DNA of 64,000 nucleotides from Callorhinchus milii (taxonomy: Eukaryota), in contig NW_024704745.1 in assembly GCF_018977255.1 (NCBI RefSeq), positions 24,738,001 through 24,802,000 on the forward strand, read 5' to 3'. A model generated the notes under the pieces. It was given only the letters and a program-made list of their open reading frames with translations, ran no database searches and had not been told where the DNA came from. Shown here piece by piece: positions 13,402 to 26,610 of the stretch. A program made the position numbers and the translations under genes. Numbering within the stretch: the first letter of the stretch is position 1; every line of letters starts with the position of its first letter.

Positions 13402-14399
13402 CTAGAAGACAGAAACAATCAGTTTATAACAGATATTCAGGTGAAAAATGCGGTTTGTTATATGATAATTAGCAGTAGCAGCAGTAATGGTAGTAATTAA
13501 CACAAGTGCTATTATAACTGCCGAACCTTGCACTGAAACCATTCAATAATTATTGACTAGCTCACGGTGATGAATGGATTGACCTACAGCTTGATTGATA
13601 TGTTGGCAGCCACCATTGTTGTGGCTGTCCATGGACTGTTGCATTTCAGTGGTACTTGTTATGTTATGTTATGTACTTCATGCGATAAATTTAGTTGAGG
13701 TCAGGGCAGATTTTCATAATTGTTACTGAATGGTTTGATTGAATATTTTGCAATGTTAGAATTAGCACCAGGGATGATTAACACATCACATGCCCATTTT
13801 TCACTGAATTCATCATTTCAGTTTTCACAATTGATTATTGCAGTTAAATTCCACATCTAGTTTTTCTGCTTCCTAAATCTCTAACACCAATAGATATCAG
13901 AAGAGCACATGTTACTAGAAATTAATGAATGTCTACAAAGAAACAAGACCATCCAGGATGCATGTGAAGATCTTTGAGGAAACACCAAAAGAAATAGGTG
14001 AGGCTCCAATTAATTGTTTACAAACTCTGTAAGCACATTAGAGCTATACCTGAAGAGCGGAGCATTGGAATTATTATCCCGAAGTTCAAAAAGGCAATGA
14101 TATGTTAGCCTGGAAATTATAGATTAGTTATCCTAATAAACAAATGCTGGTTTATTACAGCTCCATGGAGACCTCACTTATCTCCCTTCTCTACCCCAAA
14201 GGATTTTGCTGGTTAATTGGTGGGATTTCTGATTATCAGTCTATGGGAGGCATTTATAAATATGAAGTGTAAGTGTCAACAGACAGGCATTCAGAATTTA
14301 TTGTTGAAGGGATTGTTCCTGATAAAGACTCCCTAACACTGTTGGAGAATTTTATTCATCATGTTTTGGTAAAATTACTAGCCTTTGGCAGCATGTGTT

Positions 14400-14740
14400 T
14401 TATGGTATTAATAGAAAGTGCATTATTGGTGTTATATATTTACAATATAATATCTTTTTACATTTATACATTGGGAGGAGATTTGGAATGTTATCCAATA
14501 GTAAAAAAAATTGCAAGGAAGATTTTCTCCTTTAGTGTTTATTCTTATAGGTTGAGGGAACAATCTTGTATGAGCGGGAACATTTGTTGCATGACGACAG
14601 AAGGAGTCAGGAATCAGCTACCACTTGTAAATTTGTGGAAATATCATGTGGTGTAAATAGTCCAGTTTCCAAAACAGCAATAATGTCAATATCAGGTTCA
14701 TAGCATTCAAGAAAATCTGGATCAATGACACAAATAAGCA
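14400..14740 (-). mobile_element. LINE APE-endonuclease relic
   Basis: Minus frame DIDIIAVLETGL resembles the endonuclease DIIAxTETWL motif. Confidence 0.5.
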
Positions 14741-14769
14741 AGAGAGTGGCGGATAGTTTTAATGTAGAT

Positions 14770-15133
14770 AAATAATAATAATAACCCTTGTATTTGATAT
14801 AGTGTTTTATCACATCTTCAAAGCATCTCAAAATGCTTCACAGAATATACTGAAAGTGAATTGACTGTATATTTTATGGGCGAAATGCGGCAGCTAATTC
14901 TGCACAGCAGTGTCCCACAAACAGTCATGGATTGAAGTGATCAATTGTGAAGGAATTATTACCCCCGGAAAAGCCACTCCCCAATCGACTAACAACCGGA
15001 TTCCTACTTACTGCTAGGTAAACAGAGGCTTGTGGAGTAAGGAAACTTGCCCTACATTTTGCCCTACCGGGAATCAAACCCAGGTCTCTCGCTCGCGAGG
15101 TGAATGTTCTAACCATTGAGCTACAGGACTCCA
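14770..15133 (-). mobile_element. tRNA-derived SINE, long subfamily
   Basis: Head plus an extra gtttacctagcagtaagtagga...gttagtcgattgg segment that the short copies lack. Confidence 0.85.
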
Positions 15134-15350
15134 AATGTATGGCAATGGTGATTGGAACAAGAAGCCACAACTATGAAGGAGGAATAGCAAGTGCCAAGGT
15201 CTGTAACTAACAGTAAACAGAGAATAATCCCCACAAAACTCCTACCCTTTGCAGATTATGCAACAGAACAATGGAAACTGATTAATAAAGTATACATCTT
15301 TTTGTTTTTAGTAAAACAGATTAAGATGTAAGAAAACAAGAAGCACTTAC

Positions 15351-15674
15351 CTTGTACATTAACAAGATATGAGTTTGTGATGCACAAATTGCCTGCTATC
15401 AATGTGCAGTTGTATGTTCCTGAATCAGAAAGCTGCACATTCTGTATCTGTAGACTGTAGAGTTCCTGAGGACTTCGTAAGAGCACAAACCTCTGGCTGT
15501 TATTCCATTTGTATGTCAGGTTGCGTACCACTTGATATGCAATAATAAGTTCACTTGTACTGTTGGTTATTTTGAACCAGCTCACTTGAGTTATGTTTAT
15601 CACTGAGGTGTTCCTACACTGAAGAGTTATTGTTTCTCCGACTGAAGTGTTAACAGATTCTCTGTCATCAGCAC
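15351..15674 (-). CDS. Gene 1 exon 2, IgV-set domain (CD200R-like)
   Basis: gtttccttcgcag|GT...CAAG|gtaagt, 324 nt, phase 1-1, open: ADDRESVNTSVGETITLQCRNTSVINITQVSWFK...SLQIQNVQLSDSGTYNCTLIAGNLCITNSYLVNVQ. Canonical B-strand Cys, C-strand Trp and D-x-G-x-Y-x-C. Confidence 0.95.
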
Positions 15675-17785
15675 CTGCGAAGGAAACTGTTTAACCAAAA
15701 ATGATTGTGATGTGAAGAAACCTGTGATAAACAAATTTACACTTTACTGCAAATTAGAAGCATGGTGTGAAAATTGTGATGCTTAATAAGTATCACATTG
15801 TATCTGTTAAGAAACAGCAATTTGTAATCTATTACAAAAGACAAGCTGCTGGTAAGAAAGCCTCTGGCCCCCAACCTTAGCATAGTTATGACATTTTTTA
15901 TCACTTAGACATCTATTTCGTGGAATTCCCTTCCGAATAAAAATATGATTGAAAGGGAAGACACTCTGAAATGACAGGTACTCTCTTTGACAATAGACTT
16001 AGTGTGAGCCCTGAGTTATTTGCAGTTAGCATGCAGGTGACAATGGGAATGTATTTGATATTTGGTTACAAGATGAGCTGATGTGCATTAGAAATAAACT
16101 ATTATTGGATCAACTGACCAATTGACCAAGCAACAATGTGTAAGCATGGTTAAACTGGTGACATTGGTAAGCCTCATTGTATAAACATTATGAATTACTG
16201 TAAAACTAAGAATCTATCTCATAAATGGTGCACATTCAGCAAACGTTTTACAAATGCCCATGGTCTAAATACATTCAAAATACAGCTTCATTAGCAATAG
16301 ATTTTCATGACCTGGGGGAATTGGTGAATATGAAAAGAAGAATCATACTCATCAAATTAAGTTGCATAATATTGGAACTTAGAATCACTTCTTGATTGGG
16401 ACATTTCATGAATGAGAAATGCCAGTATTGAAAAGCTCCAAATTTTCAAATAGCAAATTGTGAGCTTCACTAAAGGATTAAAAATGAACAAATCCTGCAC
16501 CTACTGGGTTGTTTTTCACAATGATTGAACCTGCTTGAGAGCTGATCTAATTTCTATCATCTGTGACAAAAAGGAGCGCCTAGTGACTGTTCAGAGATTA
16601 TCGTCCGGCTGGTCTGTACAATACACATCTAGATATGTGCAGGAGTTAATAGTTTAGAAAGCTTATGATTCCTGAAAAATTGATCCCAATATATATATAT
16701 TTTTTCAACAACTCCCTCCTAATATTTACACTGTATTCTTCTGGGTCAGACAGTATGTTTCATAATAATATACATCAATATAATAATTTCTGTTCATACT
16801 GATCATGGAAAACCTCATTGCAGTAGTTCTAAGGTGAAACATTTCCGTTTTTTTGTTTCTGTATTAGAGCTGATGAAGTGTGGAAGCATTTGAAAATATT
16901 TGATTTCTCCCCAAGAATCGATATCAATCAATTTATCCTTTTGAATTTTGAATTCACCTTGACTTTCATGGTGAGAATAATAGAAATTTAGAGTGCAGAA
17001 GGAGAGGCTGTTTAGCCCAACCAGTCTGCACCAGCTCTCAGAGCAAGTTGTTCTTTCCATCTCACTGATCTGTCCTAACCCTTCCAGATTTATCTTTTAT
17101 CTGTAATTAATTCTATTCTACGCCTTTTCTATCTCTTTTTAGTTCCTGAGCAGCATTGAAAATTTTAAACTCTGTCTTGGGACGTCCTCCCGACGTGAAA
17201 AGCGCTATACAAATGTAATTTTGTATTTTTTTGTACTGTATTATAACCAAGTCTAGTATTTACATAAATTTGTCTAACAAAGTAAATAGAGTCAAAACTG
17301 TTTTCAGGAACCACTCAGGGTGGCCATTATATAAGGGTGGCCTGTGGGTAAGGGTGCGTTGATTAGTTGGCTGGTTCTGAAATTATTAAAACATTTCCGT
17401 GGGTTAAAAATTTCTTTGGGCCCCACGTGTAGACTCTCGCTGGACTCCTAGCGCATTTACCAACACCTCCTCACCAGTGAGGTGGGAAGCTGTGGGCATC
17501 ATGTAGAGTGCTCAGCATAAGCCCCCGGAAATTGATAATGCATTAGTGGTAAGTACACTCAAATTCAGTTTCCCCTTGGGAGAGAGAAAAAAATAAGCGC
17601 AATCACCCAAATTAAAATTGAATTTAAGGCAGCTATCGAAAAATTGATAATTCTTTAATTTAAAGACTGTGATGTTACAAGTAAGAACATACAAACTACA
17701 CTTAAATTGGTTGCTTTAACAAGTTTGACTGTATATTAATTGAATCACTTTTAAAATATTAAGATTGTAAATATTTGAAATATAG

Positions 17786-18180
17786 TAACAACAACAACAA
17801 GATTACATTTGTATAGCGCCTTTCACGTCGGGAGGACATCCCAAGGCGCTGGACAGTTTACAGCATTTCAGACCCAAGCTGGGGTCAGGGGGGAAGAGGG
17901 GAGGGGAAGGGGGGTGGCCGATAGCATGGTCGAAGAGGAGGGTCTTGAGGCGGGACTTGAAGGCGGCTAAGGAGTGGGCGAGGCCATGGAGGGCTTTGTA
18001 GGTGAGGACCAGGATTTTGAACTGGATCCTCTGAAGGATAGGGAGCCAATGGAGTTGGGCGAGAATGGGGGAGATGGGGTCACGGAGTTTGGTGTGGGAG
18101 AGGACACGGGTTGCAGAGTTCTGGATTATCTGCAGCCTGTGGAGGGAGGAGTTGGGAAGGCCGACAATCAGGGCATTTGT
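17786..18180 (-). mobile_element. L2 3' fragment with internal deletion
   Basis: GLPNSSLHRLQIIQN...LHWLP motifs in ORF 17803-18243. Confidence 0.85.
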
Positions 18181-18719
18181 GTGTATAAACACTATATACA
18201 CACAATTATGAAATACATACTCAATTAACTGAAGTATACACATAAATAATCATTAAATACTTCAAAATGAAACAAATTAATATTTGGATCTATGTTAAGA
18301 TTAAAACATATCAATTTCAAATAAAAGTAATTTCTGAAATTAACTCAACACAATACTTCTTAGGTTAATTTAATTGTTGCTCCCATGGTATTCTGTAAAC
18401 TCTGCTGTTTGCTTTGTCTCAATACTTTAAGTCCCAAAAATGTCATACCGTTGTCCATCATTTGCCTTCTCTAAATGTTTAAACATTCTAAATTGTGCTT
18501 TAACCCATCAATACTTCATTAACTATCAGTTAATGAATCTTCCACTAACACCAGAATGCCTGTTATTGACATCTTATATGTTGCTATAAATATTAATAGT
18601 GTACTGTTCTTTTACCTCCATCCAAAACCTAATCAACATAGTATAACAGTGCTGTTTAATTACCAGTCCCATAATTATAATGTTTGCATAGAGCAGTTAA
18701 TCATGACAAAATATCTCAA

Positions 18720-19455
18720 AGCTCTTGAGCTGTCCTTTCTTCCCCACATCCGCGCCACAGCTGGCACTGCCTTCCACCACTTCCGAAACATCACCAGACT
18801 ACGGCACTACCTCACCCCTCACGCTGCTGAAACTCTGGTCCACGCCTTCATCATCTCAAGGCTGGACTACGGGAACTCTCTCCTCGTCGGCCTTCCCGGC
18901 ACCTCTCTCCACAAGCTGTAGGTCATTCAGAACTCTGCAGCTTGAGTACTGTCCCGCACCAGGCTTCGCGACCACATCACTCCCACCCTCGCTCGCCTCC
19001 ACTGGCTCCCCATCCCCCAGAGGATCGAATTCAAGATCCTCATCTTCATCTACAAGGCCATTCATAGCCTTGCACCCTCCTACCTCTCTGACCTACTATC
19101 CCCCCACGTACCTGCCTGTACCCTCTGTTCCTCTGGCTCCGGTCATCTCCACATCCCCCGCCCTACCATCGGTGGCTGGGCTTTCAGCCTCTTAGCCCCT
19201 AGGCTCTGGAACTCCATCCCCCAGTGCCTTCGCCTTACCTCCTCCCTTTCCTTCTTCAAGGCCGGTCTCAAGACCTTTCTCTTCAACCGTGCCTTCAGCT
19301 CCCCTCTCAACTCTCTACCACCTCCTCGGTTCCCTCCCTTCCCTCCCCTCACCCTGACCATTTTCCCCCTGCTCGGGTCCCCACCCAACTGTCCAGCGCC
19401 TTGGGACGTCTCCCGACGTGAAAGGTGCTCTATAAATTAAATCTTGTTGTTGTTA
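18720..19455 (+). mobile_element. L2 3' fragment, same subfamily as 1-1953
   Basis: Closely matches 1170-1950. Confidence 0.9.
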
Positions 19456-19732
19456 TTTACAGGATTTTACTTTAAACTGTAGTATTTGTATATCTGTAGG
19501 CGTTTTGCAGGCAATTTGACATAGCAATGTCCCACAAATGGCCGTGAAGTGAACGTCAGGACACAGAGAAACTCCCTTGTCTTTTCATAAAGTGTAATAT
19601 CCACCTCAACAGGGTTATTTGACCTTGGTTTAACATCTGAAAGACAGCACCTCTGACACTGCAGCTCTACCCACAGCACTGGCTTGAGTAACTGCCTGGT
19701 CTATGAGCTCAAAGACCCAGTGTGGGCAGTCA

Positions 19733-20185
19733 ACAACAACAACAACAACAACTTGGACTTGTATAGCGCCCTCCACGCTGGATGGCATCTCAGAGGGCTT
19801 CACAGTAACGGATCCCGGGTCCAAGCCAGAGGGATGGGGAGGAAGGTGACCAAAGGTGCTGTCGAAGAGAAAGGTCTTCAGGAGGGACCTGAAAATAGGA
19901 AGAGAGGATGCGAGGCGAAGGGAGTGAGGAAGGGAATTCCAGAGCCTCGGGGCATAGTGGCTGAAGGCAAAGCCGCCAAGGGTGGAACGGAGGACTTGGG
20001 GGACGAGGAGGAGGCCAGATCCGGAGGAACGAAGGCGACGGGTATTGGTTTGAGGAGAGAGGAGGTCAGAGAGGTAGGGCGTTGCAGAGGAGTGGAGGGA
20101 TTTGAGTACAAGAGTGAAGATCTTGAAGTCGATCCTCTCTGGAATAGGCAGTCAGTGCAGGCTGGCAAGGACTGGGGTGATCATT
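19733..20185 (-). mobile_element. L2 3' fragment
   Basis: Reversed (CAA)n tail and L2 3' motifs. Follows an old Deu-type SINE fragment (about 19480-19730). Confidence 0.75.
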
Positions 20186-21597
20186 GATTGGCGGGTTGTT
20201 TTCCAGGTGTAATAATCCCTTCAAAATCCAGGACTGTTCATGGGTCACTGTTTTACACAATTGGCTGCTGTGTTTTGTCCACAAAATATATAGTCCATTC
20301 ACTTCACAGTATATGGTGAGAAGTGCTTTGAGATGTCTCAATAATGTGATTAGGAGCTATATCAAATGCAAGAATAATTATATTATTATTATATAATGTT
20401 AATAAAATGCTATCAGACATTAAAGGATCTGATGAAAGTTTGTCAAAAGGTTAATGGGCAAGCGAAAAACATTCAATAAACCACAGAAGTGTTATCAAGA
20501 ACAGATTTCCAGTACAATTCAAATAGGCTGATACTCCATTTGTAGTCTTCTTGAGCGAGAAGGTGTTTAAATATTACATTTGAATTTTAAGACAAAAACA
20601 TTTACGACATTGTCAAGATGCTCAACGATCTTCACAGGATTCACTGTAAGGATTCTATTTATAGGCAAACACAGCAGTCAATTTGTGCATAGGAATGTCC
20701 CAAAAACAGCCATGAAGTGAGTGACCAATTTTATTTGGCGGGTTGTTGGCCAGGTCCCGGAGAAACTCTCTTTTCGAATAGTGCCATGGGATCAGTAATG
20801 TCCATTTGAACAGGCAGGCACAATCTCAGTTTAAGACCTCATTACAGCATTAGTTCACTATGGCTGCATGAGCTCTCGGATAAAACATTTTGAGTTGTCC
20901 AGATCTGGGAGTCCAACAGTTAAATGGTACATCATTAACATACATTATTAATTAGCTATTGAAGGGCAGTTGTTGTACGGGTTTACACAGCTCACATAGA
21001 AGACTTTATTTCCAATTACTGTGTAACTCTAATTGAAATAATTACCATTCAACAAAACTGAAAGTTTATGCATTTGGGATGAAGTTTAGTAGTCAAATAA
21101 GTGACCTTAAGATATTTAACACATTGACTGCTCCTCAAATGTTCTGGAGATGATCACCAAATCAGATACCTTTCTCAATAGTCACCACAGACAAGTCAAT
21201 TGCACCATATGCTGGATTTCTGCCTCACGCGTTACAGAATTGAACTGCTGCTTAGTGCGTTATTACTTTAACCAAATAAAAATTGGAGTAAAGCCAGAAG
21301 GACAATGGTTTAATTCATGAGCTTGCTTCTCTGCTGAGAGAGTTCTAAAGCTATCAGAAGTGGTGTCCGCCTTCAGCCTATGCAGTGAGCAATCAATGTG
21401 TTAAATGTCATATTGTCACTAAAGTTTAAATTAGCAGATTAATTAGTAGTTTAAATTAGCAGATTAACATATGTGTACATTTACCTGATTGCTACAGTGA
21501 TAGATCTGTTCAAATTGTCAGTTCCTCATGTTACTCATTTAACTGTTCTTCAATAATAATCATTACATTAACAAATAAGTGTTGGTATGCATTAATA

Positions 21598-22650
21598 ATA
21601 ATAATCCTTGCATTTAGTGTAGTGCATTATCATGTTGAAAGAATGTCTCAACCCACTTCGCAGGATTTACTGTGGAGTGAAGTGACTTTGTATTTGTAGG
21701 CAAACACGGCAATACAATTGCACACAGCAATGTTCCAGAAACAGCTTTGAAACAAATGACCAATTTTATTTGGGGGATTGTTGACCAGGACACTGGGAGA
21801 GAGAAACTCCCTTCTCTTTTTGAATAGTGAATCTTTAACATCCACCTGAAATGGCAGATGAGACCTCGGTTTAGCATCTCATCAAAGAGATGGCACCTCC
21901 AACAGTGCAACACACCACAGTACTGAATTGGAGTGTCAGCTTTGACTATGTCGTGATACTCGGCTTTATAAATAGGGGTAAAGAATACAAAAGTAAGGAG
22001 GTTATGATAAACCTTTATAAAACACTGGTTATACCTCAGCTAGAGGACTGTGTGCAGTTCTGGGCATCACACGTTAGGAAAGATGTCAAGGCCTTGGAGA
22101 GGGTGATAAGGAGATTTACCAAAATGGTACCAGGAATGAGAGACTTAATTTATCGGAAGACTAGAGAAGCTAGGATTATTCTCCTTGGAGCAGAGAAGGT
22201 TAAGAGAAGATTTAATAGAAGTGTTCAAAATTATGAGGGGATTCGATAGGGTGAATAAGGAGAAACTGTTTCTACTGGCGGGTGGGTCGGTTACCAGAAG
22301 ATACAGATTTAAAATAGTTGCCAAAAGAACCAGAGGGGAGGTGAGGAGAAATGTTTTCACACAGCTAGTTGTTCGGTTCTGGAATGCATTGCCTGAAAGG
22401 GTGATGGAAGCTGATTCATTAAACAACTTTCAAGACAGAAATAGATAGATATCTGGGGAGGACAGGTTTGCAGAGCTATGGGGAGAGAGCAAGGGGTGGG
22501 TGGGATTAATTTGGACAGCTCTTTCAAAGATGAACACGATGAGCCGAATGGTCTCCCTCTGTGCTGTATAATTCTATGATTCTATGTGAGTTGAAGTCCC
22601 TATGTGGGATTTGAACCCACAATCTTCTGACTCAGACGCAAGCTGACACA
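21598..22650 (-). mobile_element. Deu-domain-type SINE interrupted by a CR1
   Basis: Tail at 21598, Deu-like core acctcggtttagcatctcatc...ggcacctccaacagtgca, and head remnant gatttgaacccac after 22587. Confidence 0.7.
21953..22586 (+). mobile_element. CR1 3' fragment
   Basis: LYKTLVIPQLEDCVQFWASH...RLREDLIEVFKIMRG with a (ttctatga) tail. tatgt occurs at both junctions (possible TSD). Confidence 0.9.
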
Positions 22651-23386
22651 TAACAAAGAATTGCAGTATTGCAGATAACAGGGTTTAAACCTGCAGATTT
22701 TTGCAATAAATTTGTTACTATAACAGAATTCAGAAATAGGCAGTTTATTTGTAACAAGTTCGGAATGAAGTCCCTTTCTGCAGGCAGCACAAGCTGCGCT
22801 GGGTTGTTAATTTTACTTAGCTTTTTTTCCCAGTCAGTACGAGTCTCAAAGCATATCATCTTGCTGACATTTGTTACTTCAGTGGGTTGATAGCTGTTCT
22901 GAAAAGATAGTTATTTGATCTGAATGGGCCTGTTACATCAAAAGATGGATGAACACTTAGAGGACAGAAAACACAATTTCAGCAAGAGGCAAAGCGTCTC
23001 AACGAGCTTCACAAGATATATTGTAAAGTGGATTTGAATGTGTATTGATGAGATTTCAACATAATAAGGGCTGTATCAAATGCAAAGACTTTGGTGATTT
23101 TTAAAGATTATTATGCCACATTCACAAAAGTCTTAGTCAGAACATAATAAATGATGAGGAAGTGTATAGTCAATGAGGTAGTCAGCAGCATTTTAGATAT
23201 TTCTTAACAAACAGCACTTCTGCATTTATTGTTTTATATTTCTAATCAGTTTGCTAAAAGACACTTACGTGCTGAAATTACTTAGCTTCCAAGACTTAAA
23301 AATTTTCTCTTGAAATTTAAGATCACGTAGAATTACAGAAAATTCCTAAATTCAATTTTAATTTGCTGCTTACTTTTCCGCATTGT

Positions 23387-23597
23387 TAATAATAATCCTT
23401 CAAAAAACCAAAAACAATAATAATTTGGTCATTTTCAATCTACGACTGTTTGTGGGACATTGCTGTGTGCAAGTGGCTGCCGCGTTCTCCCACAAATATA
23501 CAGTCAATTCACTTTACAGTGTGTTTTGTGAAGCGCTTTGGGACGTCCTCCCGACGTGAAAAGCGCTAGATCAAATGCAAGGATTATTATTATTATT
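23387..23597 (+). mobile_element. 5'-truncated short SINE in gene 1 intron 1
   Basis: Body and (TTA)n tail. ttgttaa is repeated at both ends. Confidence 0.85.
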
Positions 23598-23959
23598 GTT
23601 AAAAAGAATTGACTTCCAAATTAAGAATAAATTGCAGAATTTCCTACAATTCTGCATGATTTTAAATTCTAACATGTAAAGACCACATTGAATTTCAGGC
23701 CTTTAAAGGCTAAAAGCAATTCAAAGAAACCTACTGATGAAATCAACTCCTGTGAAGTTCTACTAACCATATAACATTATAAAATAAGTTAATTGAATTG
23801 AAATTATTTTACAATCTTATGTTAATAAAAGAAGCCCAACAACTAGGGCAGTGAAATACTATTCTGCTGTTTAGATAAAACTGTCAACAACATAGCACAA
23901 TTCTCAGCAAGTTCCCTTCAATGAAAATAATTTTAAAAAACTGGTTTTCTGAGCTTTAC

Positions 23960-24029
23960 CTGAAATGATGAATAGAATCCAAACAATTTCAGTGTGGAGG
24001 GGTGATCTATAAGAGTTGCAACACTTCAT
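23960..24029 (-). CDS. Gene 1 (CD200R-like) exon 1, signal peptide MKCCNSYRSPLHTEIVWILFIISG
   Basis: ATG at 24029 and 70 nt (23 codons+1) ending TCAG|gtaaag. The phase-1 donor matches the phase-1 IgV exon. Hydrophobic IVWILFII core, a TATA-like box about 45 nt upstream, and an end similar to the gene 2 leader (ILIVISG). Confidence 0.75.
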
Positions 24030-24060
24030 TTTGTAGTAATAGATAACTCATCAAGTGCTG

Positions 24061-24131
24061 GCCCACATCTATTTTATAGCAGCGATCCAAATGTGGGCAG
24101 AGCATGCACCGTGTGGTTTCTCCTTCCTGTG
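24061..24131 (-). promoter_or_regulatory. Candidate core promoter of gene 1 (TATA, RUNX-type and ETS-type sites)
   Basis: TATAAAA (minus) 24078-24072, TGTGGTT 24112-24118 and TTCCTG/CAGGAA 24124-24129, all within about 100 nt of the ATG. Motif matches only. Confidence 0.45.
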
Positions 24132-24879
24132 ATTCACCGAAAAAAATTAAGGTGTCTACAAGCTGCAACCTTCCTCCTTTCATTGACTTGTATTGTCCAA
24201 GTTTTAATATGAACATAAAATGAATTTGAAGGATACTTCAGATAGAGCTCATCAAATGGTCTGCTTGTACAGTATGACACACACCACAGTTTGATACCAC
24301 ACGTACAGATGCAAGACATTCAAAGTTCTAAATCTGCTCCGTTGGGTTAGATGATCTTGAATGAGTCTAAAGTAGCACATTGTTACTAAGCCATGGTCAC
24401 ATGGAACCTTTCCCATTGCTTAATCCTCATTCTTCTGGTGTTCAGATCTTTCCTTTGGTGATATATTTTGACCCCAGCATTTCTACTGATCTGAAAGATT
24501 GCCTGTTAGACATCAATTCCTGGATGAGCTGTAACTTTCTCCAAATCAACGTCGACAAAATTGAAGCTAACCTACTCAGCTCCTGTGAGCTCCCACAATA
24601 GGCTTCATGATCCAATCAACCCATTCTTTGCCTGACTCCACTGGCTTCCAGAGAATCAATTTTAAGATCCTTATCCTTGCTTTCAAATAATAATACTTGT
24701 ATTTGATATAACACATTATGACGTCTTCGAGATGTCTCAAAGTGCTTCACAGAATATACTGTGAAGTGAATTGACTGTATATTTTGTGGGTAAAACACAG
24801 CAGCCAATTGCAGTGTCCCACAAACAGTCGTGGATTGAGTGAACAATCTATTTATTATTATCTATTTTTTTAAGGAATT

Positions 24880-25240
24880 ATAAATGACTCCATAGCCTTT
24901 CCCAACCCTATCTTGGTGATCTCCAGCAACTCTCCTCTCTTGGCCACTCCGTGCCTGCTCTTTTCTCCTTCATTTCCCCACCCACTCTGCCCCACCATCA
25001 ACAGATGAGCGATCAGCTAGTTTGTCCTCCACTCACTCTCTGGAACTCCTCTCTGAAATCTCATTGCCTTGTCTTTCACTCTCGATTTTCAAAACCAATC
25101 TAAGTACTTATCTGTCTGATGGTGTTTTCAGCTATCTACCCCTTCATCATCCTCCCAACTCGAGCTCCCACTCAGTCTTTGCAAAATAATTTGAGATATT
25201 CTCCTGATGTGAAAGGTGCTATATAACTGCAACTTGTACT
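24880..25240 (+). mobile_element. Old L2 3' fragment
   Basis: ctctggaactcc...tgatgtgaaaggtgctatataa end motif. Confidence 0.6.
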
Positions 25241-25789
25241 TGTGAGTTGCTGGCTAGAGAAAGGGAAAACAATCAGTCAGAGTTCCCACATAGGATTGCT
25301 ATCTAGTGATCCCTGCAGGAAATATATTTGTGGACATTGTGGAAGGACAGGATTGGCTCCCACAGTGGTACTGTCTGCCAGCACTTTCTAGCTCATTCCT
25401 GGCTCACACCCAAAGACGATCATTTAGATTATTACAAAAATAATCTGTACCAGTTGTGCAACTAAGCTCCTATGTGAGCTGTTGCTTTCAGGCTTTAACC
25501 AAAAGTTTCTTCAGATAGAATGAAGCCTATAACGACTTAATATTTCTTCACTGTTTATAAGAGGTATAAGATTTATAACACTGTTTATTGTTCACTTCCT
25601 CTTTCCCCACTTGCAAAGCCCACCTCAAGACATACCTCTTGGACCACAATTTTGATCATCTGTCCCCTCCCATCCTCTTCAGCCACTCTTCCTGACTCAG
25701 ATGTCCAGCCAGCAGTATAAAGTATTCCTGACGTGAAAGGAGTTATACAAATGTATATTATACTATCTTATTTACTCCTCACTTGAGCA

Positions 25790-26610
25790 ACAACATCAAC
25801 AACAACAATAACACAATTACATTTGCATAGCGCCTTTCACGTTGAGAGGACATCCCAAGGTGCTGGACAATCAGTGTTTTGGACCCGAGCTGGGGGTTGG
25901 GATTGGGGGGGTGGTGGGGCGGAGGGCAGGATGCAATGATGGTGATCGAAAGTACAGTCAAAGAGGAGGGTCTTAAGATGGATCTTGAAGGAGGCAAGGG
26001 AGGGAGCGAAAGGACTGTGGGATGGAGTTCCAGAGGGTGGGGGCAGAGTGACTGAAGGCCCGCCCACCGATGGTGGAGCTGGCGAGGAGGGGGACGTGAA
26101 GCAGGCCGGAGCCCGTTGAGCGGAGAGAGCGGGCAGGTTGGTAGGTTAGGGGGTCGCAGAGGTAGGGGGAATGAGGCCATAGAGGACTTTAAAGATGAGG
26201 ACCAGGATCTTGAACTGTATCCTCTGTGTGATGGGAAGCCAATGGAGTTGGGCGAGGATAGGGATGATACGGTTACGTAGCATGGTGTGCGAGAGGACAC
26301 GGGCAGCAGAGTTCTGGATGATCTGCAGCCTATGGAAGAAGGAGTTAGGGAGGCCGACAAGCAGGGAGTTTGAAGTCAAGCCTGGATGTTATGATGCTTG
26401 TATGAGGGTTTTGGAGGCTTGTGGTGTGAGACAGAGGTGGAGCCGGACAATGTTGTGGAGGTGAGGGAAGGCAGAGTGGGTTATGGCGTGGATGTGGGCT
26501 AGAAAGGATAGTTGAGGGTTAAAAGTCACCAAGGTTCCAGACTGGCTTAGCAAGGTGGAGTGTGCATACTTGGATGGTGATTCTGTCAGGACCTGAGGTG
26601 TGAGCAGTGT
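25790..26610 (-). mobile_element. L2 3' fragment
   Basis: ORF 26146-26379 GLPNSFFHRLQIIQN...LHWLP. Confidence 0.9.

Noticed and set aside
14273-14656. 127-aa plus-strand ORF with a hydrophobic stretch; also considered as a missing C2 exon
   Set aside because: Antisense to a LINE endonuclease relic, with no Ig motifs on either strand.
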